Shown in pieces: positions 36,189 to 44,983 of a DNA stretch of 64,000 nucleotides. Below the pieces are notes generated by a model that did not search any database, was not told the origin of the DNA, and was given only the letters and a program-made list of their open reading frames with translations. This DNA comes from an uncultured virus (IMG/VR IMGVR_UViG_3300043466_003414). Taxonomy: Duplodnaviria > Heunggongvirae > Uroviricota > Caudoviricetes. The position numbers were made by a program, and so were the translations under genes. Location of the stretch: the IMG/VR virus record IMGVR_UViG_3300043466_003414. The stretch is one strand, 5' to 3'. Numbering within the stretch: the first letter of the stretch is position 1; every line of letters starts with the position of its first letter.

Positions 36189-36779
36189 TTATTGTTTTTT
36201 AGCAATTACATAAACCAAAACACCAACTAAAGCAAGACCGCCAACACCTAAACCAATGTATAAACCTACATTGCTTTTTTCATCTGGATTATCTTTTTCT
36301 TTTTTATCTAGTATTACTTGATTGTCTGAAATTTTACCACCAGTTTGTGCTTCAACTTTTCTAACATCTAGTGCTTTATTTTCTAAATACTTATTACCTA
36401 TTGTAAAAAGTTTATCAACAATACCTCCAACAGTTGTGTCTGCAAAGTCTTTTTTAGGTTTATCAGTACTTGTTGTAGTTGTACTAGTTGTTGTATTAGT
36501 TCCAAAAATAGTGTCGCTTGTAGGCTTCCATAATGTGTCAAATCCAGTATAATTAGCAAAAGAACTATCCTTGCTTTCAGAAATTAAAACACCCATAAGC
36601 AAAATAGCTTCTTTTTTGAAAGAATCTGATTTTTGCATAGCTTTTAAAATCATGTTTGTCAAATCCTCGCTTGAAGTATTAGTATTAACCAATACGCCAT
36701 TTCTTCTTAACAAACCTAAATATTTTTCTTTATTTTTTCTTACTGAATCTAGTAAGATTAATCCAAAGTTATTTTCCAT
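36189..36779 (-). CDS. C-terminally anchored membrane protein
   Basis: SNVGLYIGLGVGG...AKKQ. Confidence 0.7.
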   Translation of the reverse strand: MENNFGLILLDSVRKNKEKYLGLLRRNGVLVNTNTSSEDLTNMILKAMQKSDSFKKEAILLMGVLISESKDSSFANYTGFDTLWKPTSDTIFGTNTTTSTTTTSTDKPKKDFADTTVGGIVDKLFTIGNKYLENKALDVRKVEAQTGGKISDNQVILDKKEKDNPDEKSNVGLYIGLGVGGLALVGVLVYVIAKKQ

Positions 36780-36782
36780 GTT

Positions 36783-37163
36783 TTATTTTTTAATCATTAA
36801 TGCAGTAAAAATAAACAAAGCAGACACTAAAATCATAGCATTTGTTTGTTGTGCAATCATGCTTGAGCTTGAATTATCTTTTTCTTTAGAAACTTCTAAT
36901 CCACTTGCATTTAAAAATCCTTCTTGTCTTTTGCTACCACAACCACAACCACAAGTTGAAGTTTTGGTATCAGAAAACATTTCTAAAATTATTTCTTTGT
37001 CTGGGTGGTTTTCCATTACTTTTTTTAATGCAGGCTCTCCTACTTTTGCAACTACTTGAGATAATCCCATGTCTGGAGTGTTAGCGTGTTCGTAACCAAA
37101 CGATTCGATAATACCTTGAGCCACTATCGGATTACTTTCTGCTACATATTTATATACATCCAT
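36783..37163 (-). CDS. membrane protein with a CGCGC motif (ATG at 37163 preferred)
   Basis: HPDKE...CGCGC...TM-KK; the longer start overlaps the terminator. Confidence 0.65.
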   Translation of the reverse strand: MDVYKYVAESNPIVAQGIIESFGYEHANTPDMGLSQVVAKVGEPALKKVMENHPDKEIILEMFSDTKTSTCGCGCGSKRQEGFLNASGLEVSKEKDNSSSSMIAQQTNAMILVSALFIFTALMIKK

Positions 37164-37181
37164 CTTTTTTTGTGTTTTAAG

Positions 37182-37220
37182 AAAAAAAGGACAAGACGAA
37201 TTAATCAATCTTGCCCTTTT
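37182..37220 (-). terminator. intrinsic terminator of the capsid transcription unit
   Basis: Minus strand AAAAGGGCAAGA-loop-TCTTGTCCTTTTTTT. Confidence 0.7.
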
Positions 37221-37262
37221 ATATCAATTATACATTAATTCGTTGCTTAAAGCATCATTAAA

Positions 37263-37964
37263 TTAAGCTTTTAATTTAATTGTTTGCCCATTAACAACAT
37301 TTGGATTACCAAATTGTTTAGCAACAGCGTTTCCACCTAATGCACGAGATAAATTGATATTATCTGCTGGGTAGAAGTATAATTTAACAGTTGCATTAGC
37401 AAGTACTTGACGAATGATAAGTTTTGTGAAACCATCAATTCTATAAGCATACTTCATTGCAATAATGTTAGTTTGTTGCTGATATGGGTCAATTGTAGGC
37501 ACTAAAGTTTTTTGTGCCAAGTTACCATTTGCATCTTTAGTGTTAACCGAAATAGTTTCTAAAACTTGGTTAGCAGTTGCAGATTGGATATAAGTTAAAC
37601 CAACTGAATATGGTTGATTCATAAATTGGTATAACATTTCACGATAGTTAATATCAGAAATTCCAGAAGAAATAGTGATTGAACCAATTACTAAATCCCC
37701 ACCAGTTGTGAAACCAGCATTGTTGATGTATTGGTATGAACCTAATACTTCAAAGTTAGATACCGCTGAACCAGATGTAGAAGTAATATCTACAATATAA
37801 GGTTGAGAAGTTGGAGCAGAAGCACCCATCATATCTCCACCAGCGTTTCTGAAGAAATCATCTCCAGTAAATGACAAATCGTCATCGATAAAACCATCTG
37901 CATTTGCAAAACTTTCCATTGCATTTCTTTGAGCAGAAGCTAAATATTTTCTTACGTTAGACAT
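37263..37964 (-). CDS. putative major capsid protein (single jelly-roll-like)
   Basis: 233 aa, beta-strand pattern, no TM, own promoter and terminator, close to the packaging ATPase, has an in-window paralog; fold inferred. Confidence 0.55.
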   Translation of the reverse strand: MSNVRKYLASAQRNAMESFANADGFIDDDLSFTGDDFFRNAGGDMMGASAPTSQPYIVDITSTSGSAVSNFEVLGSYQYINNAGFTTGGDLVIGSITISSGISDINYREMLYQFMNQPYSVGLTYIQSATANQVLETISVNTKDANGNLAQKTLVPTIDPYQQQTNIIAMKYAYRIDGFTKLIIRQVLANATVKLYFYPADNINLSRALGGNAVAKQFGNPNVVNGQTIKLKA

Positions 37965-38009
37965 AATAATAAATTTTTATAATTTTTAAATAATTTTTTT
38001 GAAACTCGA

Positions 38010-38138
38010 TTAAGCTTCCGTTTCTACTGGAGCAAGAGTTTTAGTTGACATATACTTTTTTTCAATAGCATTAGCAATTAAAACACCAGCAACTACAACA
38101 GCAACACCTTTCAATAATGACACTAATTCTTTTTGCAT
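38010..38138 (-). CDS. 42-aa membrane protein co-transcribed with the putative capsid gene (ATG at 38138)
   Basis: MQKELVSLLKGVAVVVAGVLIANAIEKKYMSTKTLAPVETEA. Confidence 0.7.
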   Translation of the reverse strand: MQKELVSLLKGVAVVVAGVLIANAIEKKYMSTKTLAPVETEA

Positions 38139-38201
38139 TTCAGAATGTTTTTTAATTAAACTTATTTTTAATAATAATTGTTTACAGAAACAATAACAAT
38201 T

Positions 38202-38245
38202 CAAAGATATAATACAATAAAAAAAGTCCGTAATAAAACGGACTT
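38202..38245 (-). promoter_or_regulatory. terminator plus TATCTTTG promoter of the capsid operon
   Basis: AAGTCCGT-aataaa-ACGGACTT hairpin at 38224-38245; caaagata at 38202-38209. Confidence 0.6.
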
Positions 38246-38309
38246 GTTATTTATAACTAAAAACTATTTGTTTAGTTTGTTTTATAGGAAAACCTTATTA
38301 TTATTGGCT

Positions 38310-38495
38310 TTATTGAGTTTTTTGTTCAATAATTTTTTTTTGAATTTTTTCTAATTTTATTTTTAATTCTTTTGTATCTTCATTTATAACACAAACAATA
38401 ACGTTGGTTAGCGAAGTAATAACCAGAATAAGACATAAAATTAATATGAAAAAATCTTGTTTTAGCTCTTTTTTCTTTACTTTATATTCCTCCAT
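38310..38495 (-). CDS. small membrane protein
   Basis: Central TM. Confidence 0.55.
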   Translation of the reverse strand: MEEYKVKKKELKQDFFILILCLILVITSLTNVIVCVINEDTKELKIKLEKIQKKIIEQKTQ

Positions 38496-38498
38496 GAC

Positions 38499-39317
38499 TT
38501 ACAAATAGTATTTAAGGATTCTTTCTTTATGAAATTTAACTGCATCTGCTGGAGTAAATTTTTTCTTTCCACCTATCAAATCCTTTTGTTGTAGCATAGG
38601 AGTAATTAGTTTTCGATAATTATGCGAAATATATTCGTCAATAATTGGCTCTAGCTTTTTTCTATCTGCACCTTTTATCTTTTCGTCATCAATATCCACA
38701 TATACAAATATCCTTTGATTATCGTATTCGTGGTATTCCTTATTTGTATAGAGTTCAACTATTTTGAACATTTCGTATTTATCCTCAAACTTATTTCTAT
38801 GCTTATCTACGCTATCGGTATTTTTATGAAAACGCATCCAATTAAGGTTTTGCCAAATTTTCGGAGAAACCCTACCAATAGATTGAAAGTGCAAAATAAT
38901 ATCCGTATCGGTATGTCTATTTGTTACAATAGCACCAACAAGGTCATTTGGTAAATAATCCGAAATATATCGGTTAATATCCTCAATAAGCAAAAGTCCA
39001 TTTCTAAAGTCAAATAAGATTTTGAACAATGTTTCTTGAACATCATTAATGGTCATTCTTGTTCCGTTATCGTGGAAAGGTCTAATCCTTCTTATTTCAA
39101 TTTTAGGGTGCATAGAAAACTTTTGCACATCCGATATTTTTAACGCTTTAATATCTTCATACTCATCGTTAACATCAAGTATAAGCACTCGTCTTGGAGC
39201 AACCCCTTTTGTTGGGTTGCCTTGAACATATTGTTGAAGCATACGTTTAGTCGTAAAGGTTTTACCACAACCTTTACGACCAACCGCTACTCCTAATTTT
39301 GGTTCTCTTTCTTCCAT
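38499..39317 (-). CDS. A32/FtsK-HerA-type genome packaging ATPase
   Basis: Walker A GRKGCGKT, Walker B LLLIEDI, arginine-finger RH, HFQS; about 270 aa with no nuclease domain. Confidence 0.75.
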   Translation of the reverse strand: MEEREPKLGVAVGRKGCGKTFTTKRMLQQYVQGNPTKGVAPRRVLILDVNDEYEDIKALKISDVQKFSMHPKIEIRRIRPFHDNGTRMTINDVQETLFKILFDFRNGLLLIEDINRYISDYLPNDLVGAIVTNRHTDTDIILHFQSIGRVSPKIWQNLNWMRFHKNTDSVDKHRNKFEDKYEMFKIVELYTNKEYHEYDNQRIFVYVDIDDEKIKGADRKKLEPIIDEYISHNYRKLITPMLQQKDLIGGKKKFTPADAVKFHKERILKYYL

Positions 39318-39344
39318 GATTATTTTCTAGGTTTTGTTATTTTT

Positions 39345-39488
39345 TCAACCATAACTTATTGTTTCGCTCTTTATATAAGCACGCCAAGTTTGTCTGGTTA
39401 TCCCTAAAAAATTTGAAACTTCTGAAACTTTTATTCTTCTTGACTTTAAAAAATCCTCTAAAGTCTTACCCATGTGTGTTTTATTCAT
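39345..39488 (-). CDS. 47-aa Cro/XRE-like HTH microprotein (not in the ORF track)
   Basis: MNKTHMGKTLEDFLKSRRIKVSEVSNFLGITRQTWRAYIKSETISYG. Confidence 0.55.
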   Translation of the reverse strand: MNKTHMGKTLEDFLKSRRIKVSEVSNFLGITRQTWRAYIKSETISYG

Positions 39489-39517
39489 GATAAATATGAT
39501 AAAAAATTATAATTTTA

Positions 39518-39859
39518 TTAATTTTTAGTAATTACACTATTAACCCATTCTAAATTTTTATTAATCTGATTAAAATCTTCTTCTGAAATTTTATTTTTTT
39601 CATTTTTATATTCTAAAAAAAATTTATGAGGTCTTTTAAAAAAAGGAGCATATAAAACATGTTTTATGTGTAATTCTTTATGTTCATTTAAAATTTTATA
39701 AATAATCTCATAATAATAAATATCTTTATCTAAACCTTTCTCGAAAGACATAATTAAGTTTCCTTTTTTCAACCATATTTTCTCAATAAAAAGACATGAA
39801 ATAATTTTTATTATTATAATCACGACAAATAATGCGAAAAATAAAAATAAATTTACCAT
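39518..39859 (-). CDS. membrane protein
   Basis: N-terminal TM; own promoter. Confidence 0.55.
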   Translation of the reverse strand: MVNLFLFFALFVVIIIIKIISCLFIEKIWLKKGNLIMSFEKGLDKDIYYYEIIYKILNEHKELHIKHVLYAPFFKRPHKFFLEYKNEKNKISEEDFNQINKNLEWVNSVITKN

Positions 39860-39864
39860 AATAA

Positions 39865-39936
39865 TTTTAGCACTTGCCCTTGCAATCGGTTTTAAAGTTC
39901 ATAGCAAATGTAATAATATTATTTTGGTTTTACAAA
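39865..39936 (-). promoter_or_regulatory. Bacteroidota promoter with TGAACTTTAAAAC leader (copy 4) plus a 28-bp leader repeat
   Basis: Minus strand TTTG 39933-39936, TACATTTG 39905-39912, leader 39889-39901; 39865-39892 recurs at 59543-59570. Confidence 0.8.
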
Positions 39937-39959
39937 ATTATTTTACCATTTTTTTTACA

Positions 39960-41027
39960 TTATTTTCTTGGTTTTCTTGGAGAAGTTGCTCTCTTTGTTG
40001 TTGTTCTTTTGGTTTTACGAACTGGTTTTTCTAAATCGCTATCTTTTGCAATTTTTTCAATACCAGCTAATATATCTGGGTCGCCAAATGTAGGCATATT
40101 ATCTGCTACTTTGCTTTCAGTTTTAAAACCTCCATTATCATTTAATATTGAATATACTCCGTTTTCAACTTCTTCTGGCTCAAAAAACTCAACTTGACTA
40201 TCAAGGTTCGTTGCTGGTTTTTTTCTTTTTGGTGGGGCTACATATTCTTGCTCTACTGCTTCGCTTATGTTATCCGTATATTCCGAACTTGAAGTAGTTT
40301 CTGCTTTTGGCTCGTATTTAACTTCTTGCTCTTGAGGTCTTGGTTTTGGTTGTTGCGGTTCACGAATAGCTAAAGTATTTTCTCTTAACGAATCTATAAT
40401 ACCATTTGCCGTTTTTCTTAACATAAAAGCTTGAACTCCTTTTGCACCAAAGTCGGTTGCAAAATAATACATAAGCAATTGCTCATCGGTCATACCAATA
40501 CCACGCTTTTTGAAAACTCTTTCTAAAGGTGGTTTTACTTTTTCTTTGAACTCATCGGAAACCGAAAACGCTTCTTTAATGCTATCGTTATATTCCCTTG
40601 CAAAGTCTTTTACTCCCAAACTTCCTCCTTCGGTTGGAATTTCTATATTCCCATCAATTTCGCCTTCAGCTATTAATCGGTCTAGTTTTCCTTCGGAAAT
40701 TTCGGGCAATTTACCTAACAAGCCACAACCCTTTTCGTAAAGGTCAAGGGTCATTTCTGCCATCATTTTAGCACCCATTGTTTTTTCCTTACCATCTAAT
40801 TCGCTATACGCTTGGTTAAATGGTCTTTCTGGCTCGGCTTCTCCGCCTTCTTCCTCAAAGTCGTTAAAACTAGGTGGTTGAAAAGTTGGTTCTTCTAAAT
40901 CCCCTAACACTTGTGCATCTGCAATATGGTGCTGGGTATATGAACGTTGTTTTACTGGTGCATCTAATGGAGAAAAATCGTCAATTATTTCTACCTCTGG
41001 TGCTGTATTAATTGTTTCTTGGCTCAT
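39960..41027 (-). CDS. acidic protein with a basic C-terminal tail (possible packaging/assembly factor)
   Basis: 355-aa ORF near the ATPase; RKTKRTTTKRATSPRKPRK tail. Confidence 0.6.
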   Translation of the reverse strand: MSQETINTAPEVEIIDDFSPLDAPVKQRSYTQHHIADAQVLGDLEEPTFQPPSFNDFEEEGGEAEPERPFNQAYSELDGKEKTMGAKMMAEMTLDLYEKGCGLLGKLPEISEGKLDRLIAEGEIDGNIEIPTEGGSLGVKDFAREYNDSIKEAFSVSDEFKEKVKPPLERVFKKRGIGMTDEQLLMYYFATDFGAKGVQAFMLRKTANGIIDSLRENTLAIREPQQPKPRPQEQEVKYEPKAETTSSSEYTDNISEAVEQEYVAPPKRKKPATNLDSQVEFFEPEEVENGVYSILNDNGGFKTESKVADNMPTFGDPDILAGIEKIAKDSDLEKPVRKTKRTTTKRATSPRKPRK

Positions 41028-41037
41028 GTTGTATTTT

Positions 41038-41469
41038 TTAATTGTTTTCTAATTTTAATAAAATGTCGTCTAATTTTGACAAAATTTGTTTTTCAAAAGG
41101 GTGTGTTTTACTCATTTCTTTAATTTCCTTTATAAGTATGGAAATTAAAGGGAATGGTTTTTTTGTGATAAAAGATATTTTCTCGTAGTCGAAATCATAT
41201 TTTTTATACAAAATGTAAAAAACACTTCCTAAAGCATATCTCCTATTGTTTTTTCGTTTGTTAGAATAAAAATCTTCCAAACTCATAGAGTACGTTTCAC
41301 AAACAATGTTTATAATGAACATCGCTTTATCGTATTCCTCAATAGTTAAATCTTTTGTTGATTTTTGAATATTCTTTAAAATTTCGGTAAGTTTTGAAAC
41401 CCCAACAATTTCTGCTGTTGCCCCAACCTCCATTAGCATTTTTGATATGTCGTCTTTTTCTTGGCTCAT
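41038..41469 (-). CDS. DnaA C-terminal-like HTH protein
   Basis: IINIVCETYSMSLEDFYSNKR...RRYALGSVFYIL. Confidence 0.55.
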   Translation of the reverse strand: MSQEKDDISKMLMEVGATAEIVGVSKLTEILKNIQKSTKDLTIEEYDKAMFIINIVCETYSMSLEDFYSNKRKNNRRYALGSVFYILYKKYDFDYEKISFITKKPFPLISILIKEIKEMSKTHPFEKQILSKLDDILLKLENN

Positions 41470-41472
41470 TAA

Positions 41473-41865
41473 TTACACTTTTAAATAGTTGTCTATTATA
41501 TCCTTTGTCATGTGAAAATTCCAGCTAAAACAACAAAAGTAACCTTTTGCTTTAAGTTTCTCAATACTTTCTAACTGGTTTTTCAAATGGTCATTAGTTG
41601 ATGCCTTAATTTCTCCGTTCTTTTTGAATGGTGTTTCCACTTTCAGCTCAATAAATAATCCACTATATCCGTTTCTTGGCTCTAAAATTAATAAATCTGG
41701 AGTAGAAAAACCAAATTTTTGTATTTTTTTATTTCTACTAGCTTGTGCAGGGGTTAATTTTAAGCTTGCAATAGTATCAGACAAAAAAAGCACCGATGGA
41801 AATTCATAACTTAAATACCTACAAATAGCTACTTGTAAATCGTATTCTGGTTGTCTTTTGCTCAT
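41473..41865 (-). CDS. VRR-NUC / Holliday-junction resolvase-like nuclease
   Basis: EYDLQ...TPDLLI...GLFIELK...Q...LKAKGY. Confidence 0.8.
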   Translation of the reverse strand: MSKRQPEYDLQVAICRYLSYEFPSVLFLSDTIASLKLTPAQASRNKKIQKFGFSTPDLLILEPRNGYSGLFIELKVETPFKKNGEIKASTNDHLKNQLESIEKLKAKGYFCCFSWNFHMTKDIIDNYLKV

Positions 41866-42527
41866 ATACCATATTTTTTCGCAAACTCTTTATGCTTTAA
41901 TATATTCTCCCCAACTTCTTTTGCAAAGTCATTATCGGATGGATAGTGTAAACCTAAATTTACTCTACTTTCTGCTACATCTTCAATTATTGATTTGCAA
42001 AACTTATAATGTGTTGGGTACATACTACCAATTACGTTTAGCATAACGTATGATTGAACAGTATGTCCAGAAGGGAAAGAAGGGGAGCTTGCCGAAAAAC
42101 TATCAAATGGGAAAAGTTTTAGCTTATAATAATTAGCTAATTGATATGGTCTTGGTCTATTGAAATGCACTTTCAATTTAGCAATTAAAGGGTTAATATC
42201 CAAAAATATTTCCTCGCATACTTCTTGAACATCGACCCCTTTTTGCTTAAATATAGATACCAAAGTTTGTATTAAACTTCGGTCATAAGAATTATACCTT
42301 TTTAAAAACAATTCGTTTTCTGGATTTTCCAATAAGGAAATACCATCTACCACCTCGTTCAACTCCTCTTTAGTTAATTCAGAATCGTTGTAAGGCATTG
42401 GTGCATTTTTAAGTTGGTCAAAAAGGCTATCCACTAAACCTTTTTTGCTTAATAATGCTTTTGTTTTTTGTGTTGGGTTTCCGTAAGTTACTTGGTTTAA
42501 CTCCATAATTATTTGCTTAATAAACAA
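41862..42527 (-). CDS. PAP2-superfamily phosphatase (probable ATG at 42506)
   Basis: KVHFNRPRP, SFPSGH, SRVNLGLHYPSD. Confidence 0.85.
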   Translation of the reverse strand: MFIKQIIMELNQVTYGNPTQKTKALLSKKGLVDSLFDQLKNAPMPYNDSELTKEELNEVVDGISLLENPENELFLKRYNSYDRSLIQTLVSIFKQKGVDVQEVCEEIFLDINPLIAKLKVHFNRPRPYQLANYYKLKLFPFDSFSASSPSFPSGHTVQSYVMLNVIGSMYPTHYKFCKSIIEDVAESRVNLGLHYPSDNDFAKEVGENILKHKEFAKKYGI

Positions 42528-42829
42528 CTATTCATGAAGTCTGCTTTCATTTTATCTAAAGCTTCTTGAGAAGAAGGTCTGATAGTTGAAGCATATTCAG
42601 TCCATTTTTTTTCACACTCGGCTTGTTTAGGATTAACTAATTCAGTTACAGCACCAGTAACCGTACTTACAGCACCGCCTACTACTTGCTCTGCTCCAGA
42701 AACAATTTCTCCAGCACCGCCAGTTAATTGTGCTAATCCAGTACCTTTTTTCTTGAATAAATCTTTTTTAAAGATAAGATAACCAATTGCTACCCCACTT
42801 GCTACTAATAATAAGTCTTTTGCTTGCAT
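42509..42829 (-). CDS. membrane protein sharing the ECEKKW module with 28838..29416
   Basis: N-terminal TM; ECEKKW...FMNSC. Confidence 0.7.
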   Translation of the reverse strand: MQAKDLLLVASGVAIGYLIFKKDLFKKKGTGLAQLTGGAGEIVSGAEQVVGGAVSTVTGAVTELVNPKQAECEKKWTEYASTIRPSSQEALDKMKADFMNSCLLSK

Positions 42830-42831
42830 AA

Positions 42832-42969
42832 TTATTTTGCTTTGTAAACAGTTAAACCAGTTTTTGTTTTTGAAGCTACATAAGTTTTACCATTGTATTC
42901 AAATGAACTTGCTCCTTTTTTTTTGGCTTCCAACATTGCTTTGAAATACCCATTTTGTGCTTTTGGCAT
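42832..42969 (-). CDS. 45-aa basic protein, candidate DNA-condensing core protein (not in the ORF track)
   Basis: MPKAQNGYFKAMLEAKKKGASSFEYNGKTYVASKTKTGLTVYKAK. Confidence 0.7.
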   Translation of the reverse strand: MPKAQNGYFKAMLEAKKKGASSFEYNGKTYVASKTKTGLTVYKAK

Positions 42970-42980
42970 AATTTTAAATT

Positions 42981-43310
42981 TTAAGTTGTTTCGTATTTTT
43001 TACCTAATGCTTTTTTAAGGTTATATTTAACCTCGTCAATATCGCCACTCATATTTTCATATTCTTCGGCTGTTGGTTGTTCGTCTAATTTCTTTATAGC
43101 TTTTCTATAATAGAAAATTCCGTAAACCGACAAAGTAATTAGCAAGGCACTAATAACAATGTCTTTAATGTTCATTTTGCCACTTGTAATGCTTCCCATC
43201 GCTCCTCCTTCTTCATAACTAGTTTCTACTGTTGGAGCAGGTGTACTTGCTACTACTGGTGCTGGTGCTGGCGTACTTACTTCTGCTGGCGGTGTTGTTT
43301 GTCCTTCCAT
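42981..43310 (-). CDS. membrane protein with Pro/Thr-rich N-terminus and a YEEGG motif
   Basis: TSYEEGGAM precedes the TM helix. Confidence 0.7.
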   Translation of the reverse strand: MEGQTTPPAEVSTPAPAPVVASTPAPTVETSYEEGGAMGSITSGKMNIKDIVISALLITLSVYGIFYYRKAIKKLDEQPTAEEYENMSGDIDEVKYNLKKALGKKYETT

Positions 43311-43311
43311 G

Positions 43312-43725
43312 TTATTTCTTTTTAATTGACATAAAAATTAATGCTAAACCTAATAAACCAGAAAATCCAGCATAAGCATATTTGTTTTTTATAAAATGCT
43401 CTTTAACCTTATTTTTTTTGGTATCTTGATTTATGTTTTTTGGTTTAGAAAAATCAATTACAAGTTCTCCTAGTTCAGTTGTTGCTTCTTTTAAAGTTAC
43501 TTTCTTGTTTTGTAATTCATCAGCGGTAAAAGTTTGTTTAGCGAATCCGACATAACTAACTTCAAATATATCTTTTTCAGTAAAGCTATCGCTTTCTAAA
43601 CTAAAGTTACCATCGAAGTCTGCGTTTGTTCCGACCTTACCAGCCTTTGAACCGCTTTTTAGTGTAATGTTAGCACTAATTAAAGGCTCATTATCTACAT
43701 CTACTACTTTGCCACTTATTCTCAT
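43312..43725 (-). CDS. CarboxypepD_reg-like (SusC N-terminal-type) domain with C-terminal TM
   Basis: ISGKVVD..NEPLISANI...GTNADFDGNFSL...VSYVGF. Confidence 0.8.
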   Translation of the reverse strand: MRISGKVVDVDNEPLISANITLKSGSKAGKVGTNADFDGNFSLESDSFTEKDIFEVSYVGFAKQTFTADELQNKKVTLKEATTELGELVIDFSKPKNINQDTKKNKVKEHFIKNKYAYAGFSGLLGLALIFMSIKKK

Positions 43726-43871
43726 TACGCTTTACCATTTAATCGTTTAATAGTGTAATAATTCACTATTGCTCCCAAAGTGAAAGACACTATACCAACT
43801 ACCACAAATATTGTTGACAAATGTTTGTGTATTTGTGTATTTTTTTCTTGTTTATTTTCTTGTTCTAACAT
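43725..43871 (-). CDS. 48-aa membrane microprotein (not in the ORF track)
   Basis: MLEQENKQEKNTQIHKHLSTIFVVVGIVSFTLGAIVNYYTIKRLNGKA. Confidence 0.65.
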   Translation of the reverse strand: MLEQENKQEKNTQIHKHLSTIFVVVGIVSFTLGAIVNYYTIKRLNGKA

Positions 43872-44532
43872 ATATGTATGCACCTCCTAATGCGATTAAT
43901 CCTATCCCTATAACTAATGCTAATTTGTTGCCACTAGACAAAGCGTATGGTTTGTTTAAAACATAAAAAGCATCTAGCCTATTTAACCACCCTTTTAAAA
44001 AAGTTGGTTGATTTAATGCTTTATATTTATTTGCTCTAAAATCGTTTAATTTTTCAAACAATTCTGGAGTTTGACCTTCATCATCTAATTTGTTGACAAA
44101 ATTTACCATTTCGGAAATTGTAGTAAGGTTTTTATTATAGTTTTTTTTGAAAAAACTATTTAGCCAACCTAATGTACCAGTACCTTTACTAACACTTCCT
44201 AAACCACTACCCCAAATCATTTCTACAAATGTATTTGCAATAGCTTGATTTTTTATTTTATCGCCTTGTATAACATCCCAAAAGCCAACTTTATATACCT
44301 TATACCAAACTGAATCTGGCATTTTTAAGAAATTATCGCAAGTAGCTGAATAACCGCCTTTAGAAGCTAATCCTTGAAAGGTTGCCCACGTAATACCTTT
44401 ATTGGTATGAATTGGATAACCATCCTTATTACCACAAGGAGAAGGATTTTTTGATGCAGAATCTTTTGGATTTGAACTTAAACCTCCTTCCGATTTTCTA
44501 ATATGGGGTACTAAATTTTTATAATCTGCCAT
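43852..44532 (-). CDS. GH108 lysozyme with C-terminal TM anchor
   Basis: SEGGLSSNPKD...TNKGIT...FLKGWLNRL, then TM-RTRK. Confidence 0.85.
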   Translation of the reverse strand: MADYKNLVPHIRKSEGGLSSNPKDSASKNPSPCGNKDGYPIHTNKGITWATFQGLASKGGYSATCDNFLKMPDSVWYKVYKVGFWDVIQGDKIKNQAIANTFVEMIWGSGLGSVSKGTGTLGWLNSFFKKNYNKNLTTISEMVNFVNKLDDEGQTPELFEKLNDFRANKYKALNQPTFLKGWLNRLDAFYVLNKPYALSSGNKLALVIGIGLIALGGAYIYVRTRK

Positions 44533-44826
44533 TTACCATAAAATTTTATCAGCATAATATCCATTTGAACCAACTATATGTCGGTCTTTTTCATGCCTTT
44601 CTTTATACAATTTTCTACGCTTGTTTGCGTACCCTTTTTCATAATATCCTTTTTTCTCTTTTGCAAGATATGTAGGATAATCATTCATTCCTCTAGCTCC
44701 AATACTGGCTATTTTTTTACCATTTTTAAAAACATCTATTTTTTTCAAAAGGTTGGTAGATGGTTTTATAACCACCCCCAACTCTTTTGCCTTTCTAAAA
44801 CTGTATGGTAAAATATTATATGCCAT
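44533..44826 (-). CDS. DUF5754-like basic protein
   Basis: IGARGMNDYPTY...RRKLYKERH...SNGYYADKILW; family recalled, not searched. Confidence 0.55.
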   Translation of the reverse strand: MAYNILPYSFRKAKELGVVIKPSTNLLKKIDVFKNGKKIASIGARGMNDYPTYLAKEKKGYYEKGYANKRRKLYKERHEKDRHIVGSNGYYADKILW

Positions 44827-44981
44827 TACATATTATCAATTATATCGTTAGCTTCGTCTAAAGATACTTTTGTAGCATCTTTTTTCATTTCCAAAAATCT
44901 TTGTAATGTAAAAAAAGATAATGCTGAAATTACCCCTAAACCAAGAACTACTACCGAATATTTTATAAATTTATTTTTCAT
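44826..44981 (-). CDS. 51-aa membrane microprotein (not in the ORF track)
   Basis: MKNKFIKYSVVVLGLGVISALSFFTLQRFLEMKKDATKVSLDEANDIIDNM. Confidence 0.7.
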   Translation of the reverse strand: MKNKFIKYSVVVLGLGVISALSFFTLQRFLEMKKDATKVSLDEANDIIDNM

Positions 44982-44983
44982 AA

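Noticed and set aside
38499..39317. Terminase large subunit
   Set aside because: Too short, no RNase H-like nuclease domain; the RH and Q motifs fit the FtsK-HerA/A32 family
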